Shown: positions 11,697 through 23,500 of the stretch, piece by piece
Layout of the letters: the number at the start of each line of letters is the position of its first letter
Position numbering within the stretch: the stretch's first letter is position 1
NCBI GenBank assembly: GCA_965153285.1
Contig: OZ229115.1
Reading direction: 5' to 3' (one strand)
DNA from: Podarcis tiliguerta
Lineage: Eukaryota
Length of the DNA: 64,000 nucleotides
The notes under the pieces: generated by a model
Databases searched by the model: none
The model's input: the letters and a program-made list of their open reading frames with translations, nothing else
What the model was told of the DNA's origin: nothing
Program-made: the position numbers and the translations under genes

Positions 11697-14600
11697 GTAA
11701 CGGCGCTCTGTCCTTTGCAATCCCGCCAGAAGGGCGAGCGAGCCTGGCGGGACGCCCGGCGGATCGCGAGTTTCAGCAGAAGCAGCTGGTAGGCGGCTCC
11801 CTTCCGCGGCTGCGATGGCATCTGCCTCCTGGGCAATGTTATGTTTTCCGCTGCTGCGGGCTTGGGAAGCTCGCGCAGGGGGAAAAAAACCAAACACGAG
11901 TGAGAGTCGCCTGGTCCCTTCTTCCCTAAGGCAGCTTGCTCAGTATTTCATTTTTTTCCTGTTGAGGGCTTACTCTCTGAAGTGGGTTTGCTGTCATCGG
12001 GAAACAACCTTGGCTGAATGTGAAAGTAGTAGAGGATCGGGGCCATAGAGCCGCAAGATCCGACGGGGTAGAGCCGCCGCAGCGACGCTACTACTAGCCC
12101 CGGGCACGATGCGAAGAGCTCAAGCGCAGAAAGAGAACGTGTAAATAAATAGCTACGCCTCCCGGTGTTGTGGTGGTCCGTCCAACTTTCTCTCCCGTCA
12201 GCTGCAGAAAACGGCATTGCGATTGAGTCCTCCTGTCGCAGCCCAAGGGATCGTTGAGATGACGGGGGTGGGATTACAGCCCTTTGAAAGTTACAGGCCC
12301 AACCTTGGGTTTGCAAAAGTGGCGTAGTTAGTAAATGTTGGAAGGGCAGGAACTCATCGCGACAGCTCACATGGTTACATTCCTAAGACCAGTTAAAGGG
12401 TGGGGAGTAGGCTTCTTTGTTGATCAGCAATACATTGCATAATGCCCATTTTTAGAATGGGAGGGACTTGGATTCACATCTTCAATCAGCCATGAAGTTC
12501 ACTGGGTGACCTTGGGCCAGTTAAAGTCTGAGCCTAGCCTACCTAATAAAAGTATTATGTGCCAAGCCAGATCCAACTTCCAAGCTTGCAGTGCTGGAAA
12601 TACTGCCCAGTCAGATGCCATTGCTCCAGGTATGAATAACTACTGAAGCTCCCATGTTCCTGCTCCGCTGCATCACTGGTTGGAAACCTTTTCTCAGCAA
12701 TCCTAATAGGAACCAAACATTCTGAATCTGAAAATGTTTTATATGTTACATATAGCTAAGCTATGGAGATAATCTTGCTCTTTGAACACTTCACTATTGT
12801 GTGAGCTCAGTTCAATTGATTTCTGCTGGTGGTTCAGGTTCAAACTTTTAAAATGCCACTTTCTGGTTGAAATGCTTTGTTATAGCTGCCTGAACAATAT
12901 AGTCCTGTGTATCAGCTTCTGAAGCTGAACTTAAAGTGGAAGTATTTTTGAAAAATATGTTTTAACCACCTGTCTGAATTGCTCGTGCATTAATTAATCT
13001 TCATATTATACTACATACTGGAATAAGTCCTCCACCCCATAGTAGAAATGATATCTTCTGCAAATTTGCATTTGTCACTCATATAGTTGTCTTTCCCTAG
13101 GCATAGGCAGTGCTGATGAAACTTCGCTTCGACCATTGTACATGGATGTCCAAGCAACTACTCCTATGGTTTGTGAACTAAGTACTGTACTCTTTTGAGG
13201 AGCATTTGTTTAAACAAACACATTGTTTACAGAGTAGTCCTGCACTATTTACTCAGAGGTAAATCCTACTATGTTCAGTGGGGGCTTACTGCTAGGTAAG
13301 TGCATAGGATCACAGCCCAAGTTTCCTGTCTACCCTGAGATGTTTGATAGGTGAGAGAATAATACAATGTGATATCTGACTAAGATGTACTCAGGCTAGA
13401 ACTGTAGAAATGATAATTCCGAGAGTCTGACTGAGTCAGATACTTCTCATTGGATCTAGTAGTAAGAGAACATGGCTGAACATTTACAGCCTGTTCTTAA
13501 TCACATTTTAATCCTATTTACTCTGAAATAAAGACTGCTGCCATACTGGCCGTACTGTCTTGTGTACACAAACAGAAAGAAGATTGTAGCCTTAATAACA
13601 GGTCTGGGTGTGTTCCAAGCATTTGGGTGTGTAGGGGAAAACTCTTCGATACAGATATTTTTTTTAATGATGAAATGAAATAGAATAACTATTAATATTT
13701 TGTTCTAGGACCCTAGGGTTTTGGATACCATGCTTCCCTATCTTGTGCATTTTTATGGTAACCCACACTCAAGAACTCATGCTTATGGTTGGGAGAGTGA
13801 ATCTGCTATGGAAAAAGCTAGACAGGTGAGATTTCTGCATTTTTCTTATAATTTGTTTATGAACTGCTTATCAGTCAAATCTCATGGCAGTATATGTATG
13901 GGAATTTCATCCAGAAGACAAATTGTATCGAGGAGTTAGTGATCTGACATGGTTACCCTTCCTGCCTCTGTTCCTTCCCCCTCCCTCACTGTTGTTAATT
14001 TTTTTTGCTGGTGTGAGAACAGTCTTTAATGTCCTGAGAAGGAGAAGGTGATGCCCCCCCCCCCCCAGCTGCCTTAATCAGTTGTGGAGGATAATGCCGG
14101 GTACCTTCTTTGCTATTGGACATTGTTTTGAGAAAGTGAGACATTGGAAGGGAGGGAGGGGGCAGCTAATGGATTATCTGCAGGTAGCCAGTCTAGGAAG
14201 GCACAAGGCTATCTATAAAATCAGGTGGTTTGGGCAGAGTTTCTCTGAAGCTCATGCATGGACTGATTGGCTGCAGGGCCGTGCAAACTGAGACTACCTG
14301 GGGGAGTCACTTTGCCACTTCTTGTGGGCTTCCAAGTGGCAGATTGAAGTGCTTGCTTTGTATACATTGCTTGCTGTTGTAGAATAAAATCTTTAATCTT
14401 CTCACTCACCTGTGTATTTTGTATTGCTTCTGAATCTTATTTTAAAAGAATCACCTTGCCTTTGGCAAGACAGTATACAAAATAAAGAAAAGCAAGATAC
14501 AAACATGAAACAGTTAAGAGTACATTAAACCCAATGTAAAACCAGCATGAACAATAGCCAGTAGTGCTATCCTGAAAAAGCCTGGCATTCAGTGCCAGTT

Positions 14601-17600
14601 GCAGCTTCCAGACAAACCTCAAGGGCAGCTTCACGTACAGCACATTCTAGTAATTCAACCTTGAGGGGATAAATATATGGACCACTGTGACCAAGCTATC
14701 CTTGTGCAGCCAAAACTGATAGAAAGCTGAAAGAAGGTGCTCTGAGCCCAAGACTGCTTGGGCCTATAGTGACAAAGTTGGAGTCAGCAGTACACCTAAG
14801 CTACATACCTGATTGTTCAGGAAGAATGCAGTCCAACCCAGAATAGGCAACTGAGCTGCCTTCTGGACTTGGGTACTAGTTACCCACAGAGCTTCCATCT
14901 TGTCAGGATTCATTTTCAGTTTATTGGCTATCATCCATCCCACAACTTCATCCAAGCATGTTTAATATTTGCATAGCCTCATCTGATTTAGATTTCAGAG
15001 AGAAATAGATAGAGCAGGGTGTCATCAGCATACTGGTAACACCTTACTCCAAATCTCCTAACAACGACACCTAACAGCTTCATACAGATGTTAAACAGCC
15101 TTGGGGTCAGGACGGTTTCCTGTGGCACCCCATAGCACACTTTGCGGGGGGCCAACAAAACTCCCATGCGGTGCTACTCTTTGAAATCAGCCCTGGAGAT
15201 AGGAGCAAAACCACTTCAACACAGTGCCTCCAACACTCATCCCAGGAGGTTACTATTGTTAATAGCATCAAAAGCCTCTGGGAGATCAAGTAATAGCAAC
15301 AGGGTCACACTCCCCTGTCCCTTTTTTGATAAAGACAACCCATCAGCAACCATAGAAATCATAGAAATCATAGAAATCATAGAATCATAGAGTTGGAAGA
15401 GACCACAAGGGTCATCGAGTCCAACCCCCTGCCAAGCAGGAAACACCATCAGAGCACTCCTGACATATGGTTGTCAAGCCTCTGCTTAAAGACCTCCAAA
15501 GAAGGAGACTCCACCACACTCCTTGGCAGCAAATTCCACTGTCGAACAGCTCTTACTGTCAGGAAGTTCTTCCTAATGTTTAGGTGGAATCTTCTTTCTT
15601 GTAGTTTGTATCCATTGCTCCGTGTCCGCTTCTCTGGAGCAGCAGAAAACAACCTTTCTCCCTCCTCTATGTGACATCCTTTTATATATTTGAACATGGC
15701 TATCATATCACCCCTTAACCTCCTCTTCTCCAGGCTAAACATGCCCAGCTCCCTTAGCCGATCCTCATAAGGCATTGTTTCCAGGCCTTTGACCATTTTG
15801 GTTGCCCTCCTCTGGACACGTTCCAGTTTGTCAGTGTCCTTCTTGAACTGTGGTGCCCAGAACTGGACACAGTACTCCAGGTGAGGTCTGACCAGAGCAG
15901 AATACAGTGGCACTATAACTTCCCTTGATCTAGATGCTATACTCCTATTGATGCAGCCCAGAATTGCATTGGCTTTTTTAGCTGCCGCGTCACACTGTTG
16001 GCTCATGTTAAGTTTGTGGTCAACCAAGACTCCTAGATCCTTTTCACATGTACTGCTCTCAAGCCAGGTGTCACCCATCTTGTATTTGTGCCTCTCATTT
16101 TTTTTGCCCAAGTGCAATACTTTACATTTCTCCCTGTTAAAATTCATCTTGTTTGTTTTGGCCCAGTTCTCTAATCTGTCAAGGTCGTTTTGAAGTGTGA
16201 TCCTGTCTTCTGGGGTGTTAGCCACCCCTCCGAGGCAATTCAGCCATGAAATCAGACCTGAATCAAGATTGCAGTGGGTTAGTGGGTTAAGGTAATCTGT
16301 CCTCCAAGAATGCCTGTATATGTGCTGCTGCTACCTTCCCTCTAAAAGAGGGTACTAGTGACCAGGCAGTAGGGGGCAAATGCTACTGGACCAAGTTTTG
16401 TTTTGTTTTCAATATAAAGAAGTGGCTGCACCACCACCTGTGGGCATAAAAATGCAGTTTAATTCTAAATCTGCCTTTGCTGACTTATGAAGCAGTTGGG
16501 TTTTGAAAGATGCTACAAAAATTGTCTGGTGAATGTGGTTTTCTGCCTCAAAGTAGTAACATTATATTATTGTGTTCTGTCTTTTTTAAAACAGCAAGTT
16601 GCATCGTTAATAGGAGCAGATCCTAGAGAAATTATTTTTACCAGTGGGGCAACAGAATCAAACAACATAGCAATTAAGGTAAATGAGTATATTGTAATGC
16701 CAAGTGATGGTGATGTAAAAACAATTCACAGTAGTCCGGATGTTCAAATATTACTGTCCTGTCTTGTGTTATAATTAAGGCAGAAGCTTAATACAATTGC
16801 AACAACTAACAGTGCAATCCTGTGTATATTTTTTGGCTTTACCTGAGAATAAATAAAAGTATTGGCAAGTCTTAAAAGTGCTAAACCTATTACCTTGTGT
16901 GCAGTTTTTCTTAAAGTCTGTGGAAGTCACAATTCTCTACATAAAGTTATTTGGATAATGTTATTGTTTTTGCATTTGCAGGATGAGCATACTGAGATGT
17001 TAAATATCTAGAGATACTTTGTTGTTTCTGATATAAATGTATTGTAATTGTAACTTGGTTGAGATCGTATAGCGATATACTGTAAGTTCCTAAAACAACT
17101 TGGTGTAAACTTAACCAGGTTCACAGCACACTCCTATGCACGTCTACTCAAAAGTAAGTCCTACTGAATTCCGTGGGACTTCTTTGGGTAAGTGTGCATA
17201 AGAGCCTCAGGCTGTGGTCTTGAACTCACTTATTATTGAACACAGTGGGACTTCCTTCTGTGCAGACATGCATGTAAGATTGTACTGGTAGTTGAATTAA
17301 ACTTCTGCCTTCCTTAAAGTAGATTGCACTAATGTTTCTTGATGTTAAGAGGCCTATTGTATAACCAAACCTAATTCTGCCTGCTTTGTACTTAAAACAG
17401 TTTTGCAAAGAGAGAGTTGCATTATCAAAACTAACCGACAGGTCTCTTTTCAAGATTCTTCTCTGCAGTGCAGTTTGTAAGGTTTCTGTGGCTACAGTTT
17501 TGCTTTGTAGCTATTTCCCATAATTGCACTGAGGAAAAATGTTGTAAAAATATGTAAAAAATGAAAATATGTAAAAATGAAACCATGACACTTACTTAAA

Positions 17601-20600
17601 AAACTGAGCTAAAGTTGAAAATTGCCAAGATTACTTGAATAGTTTTTCATATGCAATCCTTTGCATATTTACTCACAAGTAAATCTCATTGTGTTCAGTG
17701 GGGCTTACTCCCATGTAAGTGTGTACCATTTTGGGCTGCAATCCTATGCACACTTATGGGAGTAAACCCCCCTGCACTTGGTGGGACCTAGTTCTGAGTA
17801 AATGTGCCTAGGATTTGTTGTCTATTGCCTGAAGCTTCAAGGTAACTGGGCGTTTTACATTTTTTTACTTGATACTTATAGAAACTACAGATTTCCAGCA
17901 GTTTTGATCTAAATTTTTTTTCCGTTTTATCTGTGTAAAGGGTGTTGGAAGATTCTATAAATCCAGAAAGAAGCATATAATTACAACACAAACAGAACAC
18001 AAGTGTGTGCTGGATTCATGCCGTGCCCTAGAAGCTGAGGGATTTCAAGTCACATACTTGCCTGTACAGAAAAATGGGATTATAGATTTAAAGGTAAATC
18101 ACTTGTTTCCAAATTTGTATTCGTGTGATTGCAGCTTCTCCCTTTTTCAGTCCTTTGCAATGGAATGTTAACAAAAATGCAGTCTTCCACTTAGAATATG
18201 GATGCTACAGAGAGCTATCTAAGTAAAAACTGGTGAAATGTTTGTTGGGTTGCAGTGACAAAAGGGTGAGGTTTACTGCTTACCTAGTATATTGTACAAA
18301 ATTGGATCAGTTTAGCAGGTGCATTCAAAGAAAGGACACTTTATGTACTAGTAGAATAAATTGATTTATATCTCTAACCATTTAGAGTGCACCTCTTAGC
18401 ACAGGGAGTATGCCCTATTGAATATAATGGTGCTTATATGTTAAAAGTGCAGTGTAATTGTAAAATAAGTTTCATTTGCAGTGCTAATGCAGTTCGAATT
18501 AATTCTCTTCTATGATTTCCACCAGGATCTAAAAAATGCAATACAACCAGACACAGGATTGGTTTCAGTAATGACTGTGAATAATGAAATAGGAGTGGTA
18601 CAGCCAGTTAAGGACATTGGTAAGTTGACAGTTTGGGTGGAATTGATTTTATGAAAGATTGTAAGGTGCTTTATGGAAGAAGTTCCTCAAAAAACTGGTT
18701 ATGAAATTTGAAATAAATACTAAATCAAACAAACAAACAAACGTCATATCTTGAGCTAAAATGCCAAATACTTATAGAGCTCGACAATGAAGCACACACT
18801 GTTGAAGCATAGAATAGCTACATAATTGTGGTGACTTAGAAATAAATCACTGGCTCACAATCAATATCTGACAGCTTTTCTATGTCTGTCAATAATTTGT
18901 GAAGGTCAAAATAGATGTTACATGTGAGATCTGTGACCAGATTTCCAAACCTTTTTAAAAAAGAACTTCAAGGTTGTTGTTTATGTGTCTGCTCTTGGAG
19001 CAGGACCGTGGAGGATTCCCCCCCCCCTTTTATTTTGAGCCATTTCACTCCCATCTAAATGCCCACCTCCCAGCAGTTGAAAGCTAACAGTACAGTGAAA
19101 CACAGACATCATTTGTATTATATCTGTTCCCAGATTTATTTTGTGATGACCTCTGGGTTTTAGCAATACATTTGAATTGATTGATAAAATCAGTATGTTT
19201 AAAATCTTTCAACATTTTCATAAAATATAAATAATATTTCATTCTGAATCATGTTGTTTTTGCATTGTAGGTCAGATCTGCAGCTCCCATAAAATTTTCT
19301 TTCATACAGATGCTGCACAGGCAGTTGGGAAAATTCCTCTAAATGTCAATGATATGAAAATTGATTTAATGAGCATCAGTGGCCATAAAATCTATGGTCC
19401 CAAAGGTATTGATATTTCTTATATTAGATACTACTTCATTTTTACTAATAAAGGTGGCCAGGTTTATTTGATTTGGTAGTCAAATAAACATTTGGAGAAA
19501 TCGCTAACCCTTGTCAAGGCACCATGAAAAACAGAGACCTTAGTACAGGGCTGGAGACCCTGTGGCCTTCCAGATGTTGCTGGCCTACAGCTCTAATCAG
19601 CCCTAGCAATTATAGCCAATGATCAAGGATGATGGGACTTGTAGTCCAGAAATATATGGAGGGCCACAGGCTCCCTATCCCTGCAATAGTATTTAAGGAG
19701 GAAACAAGAATAGCAGAGGAAAGCCTGCAACAGTCGTGCAGGGATAGGCGCTTCATTCAAAATAGCTTTCTTCAAAATAAGTACTTCCAGTGTGGTGTAG
19801 TGGTTAAGAGCGGTAGACTTGTAATCTGGTGAACCGGGTTCACTTCCCTGCTCTTCCACATGCAGCTGCTGGGTGACCATGGGCTAGCCACACTTCTTTC
19901 AAGTCTCTCAGCCCCACTCACCTCACAGAGTGTTTGTTGTGGGGGAGGAAGGGAAAGGACAATGTTAGCCACTTTGAGACTCCTTCAGGTAGTGATAAAG
20001 CGGAATATCAAATCCAAACTCCTCCTCTTCTTCCATATGAGCACTTTGAACACAACTTGGTTCCTAAACACTAGTCTGCTATCCAAGATGTGGAGACAGC
20101 TATATGTGGAACAAGCTACATCTACAAATGGATTAAGCTATGCCTGACCACATACCTTACACTATACAGATCTATATGCAGCAGCCTCCATGCAAACTAC
20201 TGCAAAGGGCACAGTCTATATTAGACTGTGTGTATGGATGTGGCAGTATGCATGACTTTCTGCCAGAATATTAGATTAGGATGCCAGACAGTTATTTTTC
20301 ATTTTCTGGAGTTAAATAATGACAAAGGAAGATCCTGCTGAAGATCACCTCAAGGATTTTGATAAATTTTAGGTGAAGATACTTATTTTATAGAAATTAG
20401 CAAATGAGGATTCTTCCAATTAGAAATGTAAATTGAATATCTGAAGATGAGATCCAACAAAATGTGAATGGTTCTGTTCATGTAACAGGGCTTCTTCTTC
20501 CTCTCTTCCCCCCACTGCAGGTCCCTACAGTGATCCCCCAAAAATCTTCTCCAGAGGGTTGGATACCCTCTGGAGTAGATTTTTGGGGGTGCACAGGGGG

Positions 20601-23468
20601 CTGCAAGCTCAAATGAGAAACTGGAAGTTCTGTTGTGCAACCAGATTCCCATTGCACAAGTGGCGGAACATCACTGGATGTTGCCCTGAATGTTTCAAAT
20701 GCATCTCTTGCGACGAAGAATCTTGATTAAAAGTTCCTGAAGGATTTTTTCTAAATGTTTCTAAATATGCTAGGAGACATACAGTATGGAAAGTCTACCT
20801 GTGTACTGAACAGAAGTAACTTCTTGTTTCTAAGGGGTTGGTGCAATTTATGTTCGGCGGCGACCAAGAGTAAGACTGGAACCTATACAAAGTGGGGGAG
20901 GCCAGGAGAGAGGATTACGTTCTGGGACCGTGCCAACTCCTTTAGCAGTTGGTCTTGGAGCAGCTTGCGAATTGGCACAACAAGAGATGGAGGTATAAAG
21001 AGCAGTTCTAGTTGTGTAACTTTTCTTGATCCATTTATTTTACCATGTTCTTTGAAGCCTTGTTGATGGTTGAAAGTCGGCAACACATTCCTTTAACAAT
21101 AATGATTAGGGTTTAATATGATGCCCTTCTCTGTACTGTAGAGAACTAATCGTGCTCCATAATTCAGCCTTTATTTTCCTATAATGTGTAAAAGCAGTTA
21201 TATAAGCAAAGCAAACTTGGCCTTCTTGGCAGAACAATTTTCTGAGATGGTTTTGAGTATTTCTGAGATATTTTAGTAGTGCTATGTTCATTCATTAAGT
21301 AGTTCTCTGTGCCATATTTCTTACAAACTCTAACCTTACAGTTAGAACCTTTCTGGTCTCTGTCTTGCTGTTGGTAAGAGAAGGCAAGCAGTTTCTAGAA
21401 CAACTAGTGTTTATTGATTATAATAATTGTACAGAGATGTGCCTCTATTTCAAGGGCATCTCTCTTTCTTCTCGAACATAGAATTTTCAAACAATTATGG
21501 AGGCAATTTCTTATAGAATTTCCCTACTACATATTTCTGAATTTTACAGCAGCAATTGTGGGATAGTAGAGCAAACTCGGGGTGGAATCCAATGTTGTGC
21601 AAGCAGACTTCTGTTCACATAATGAATCTATCCTTTCTTTCTTTCCTCCATCCCCCCATGTACCCTGAAAATGTGGGACATATTTGGGGGTATTAGAGCA
21701 TGGAAGGGAGAGGAGAGGTAGGTGAAGTCCCATTGTGCAGGTGGAAGTCTATTCCACTTGCACATAGCCAGCATCAGCTTGATAACCGTAACTCTCATAT
21801 TTAACTTGGGGGTGAATTTTGCTATGGTTATTATTTGTGTGAGAAATTGCTCTGACAAATATTGTGTTATTTTGCCTTGTCTTTTTGGTTAACAGGCCAG
21901 ATTTGACTGATAGAACATTTTTAGTACATCAATCAAGGCTCATCTGCATGTTTGTAGAATAGCTAATAAGTTCTCTTGTTTCTTTTTCAGTATGACCATA
22001 AGCGAATTAGTTTATTAGCTGGCAGATTAGTTACAAACATAATGTCTGAAATTCCTGATGTAGTAATGAACGGCGATCCAGTTCATCGTTATCCAGGTAT
22101 TATTAGCAGAATGTTGAGTTCCTCTTTACTTCAGAAATTGCCTTTGACCATTTAGGGTTTCTTTTTAAAATGAATACAGCATTGGAAATTTTAAAACAGA
22201 TTTAAGTGTTAATCTGGTACAGCAGTATTGTTTTAGAATTGAAAGCAATCTTGTGCTCATCGGGTACTAGCCCAGAAACTCAACAAATAGCTTGAATATT
22301 GCAAAATTCACATCCTCTGTTATACAATGTTCTATATATTCATGACTAGATGAAAATTGAGATAATATTATAACAGCATCAGTGCTAAAGCTTTGATTGA
22401 CTCTAAATAGTTTCACTGTTGCTCTGTTAAGCATATGAAGTCAACATGAAATTAAGTAGAGATTGTAGTCACTGAAACACGATGTTTAAACTAATTCAGA
22501 CATGTCTTCTGCTTCTGTACTGACCTTAAATCACTGCATAAATCAATCCCAGTGAATAGCAGATTATGCACAAGCTTTTTTTATTGTTTTACATCTTAGT
22601 TCTGACTTGTATGTTTTAGGTAGAGCACTAGGATAAATCACTGTGTTAAAGACTGAATGAAGAATTCTGTAATGGTCCAAAGAGCTGCTCAATATTTTCT
22701 TCCACTTCATTGTCTTCTGCACAGTTAGCCAGTTTTAGGTTGTTTAGAAATAAAAATTATGGGTGTGCTGGTGAGACAGTTGTTCTGCATGCATTTCTGG
22801 AATTAGCATTTAGCTCTCTAGTGATCAGAGCTGTGGTGACATTCACATTCAAAGGAAATGAAAAAGAAACATTCCATAAAGGGAAAATAGATTCAGATTA
22901 TTTAAGAGCAGGGTCTTGAGTTCAACCCCCATGTTGGGCTAAAAATTCCTGCATTGCAGGGGGTTGGACTAGATGACCCTTGTAGTCCCTTCGTATACTA
23001 TCATTCTATGATTCTGCAAAAACCCTGTTGTCTAAAGTGCAATCTTAAAAGAAGCTGACACTGCTTTGTTAACTTTGCAGGCTGCATTAACTTATCCTTT
23101 GCATATGTGGAAGGAGAAAGCCTGCTGATGGCACTTAAAGATGTGGCTCTGTCTTCTGGAAGGTAATATTGTTGGTGTAATTTGGAAAGAATGGGTGAAA
23201 CTGCACTAAGCACTTGGACCGTGTCTTGAGCCAACATGGTGTAGTGGTTAAGAGCAGTGGACTCGTAATCTGGTGAACCGGGTTTGATTCCCCGCTCCTC
23301 CACATGCAGTTGCTGGATGACCTTGGGCTAGTCACACTTCTCTGAAGTCTCTCAGCCTCACTCACCTCATAGAGTGTTTGTTGTGAGGGAGGAAGGGAAA
23401 GGAGATTGTTAGCCACTTTGAGACTCCTTAAAGGGAGTGAAAGGCAGGATATCAAGTCCAAACACTAC

Positions 23469-23500
<32 letters not shown>

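Larger units (their letters stand above)
11130..12260. promoter_or_regulatory. CpG island / bidirectional ROMO1-NFS1 promoter
   Basis: Sharp rise in GC and CpG; ETS cores (GCTTCCG 11484-11490, CAGGAAA ~11509), GC boxes (GGGAGGCG ~11534 and ~11590); genes diverge head-to-head. Confidence 0.9.

Noticed and set aside
11169-12370. Many overlapping 70-209 aa ORFs on both strands
   Set aside because: Expected from stop-codon scarcity in a CpG island; only 11606-11696 is real coding sequence (NFS1 exon 1)
15449-16225. 258-aa ORF as a host gene
   Set aside because: It is the C-terminus of CR1 ORF2
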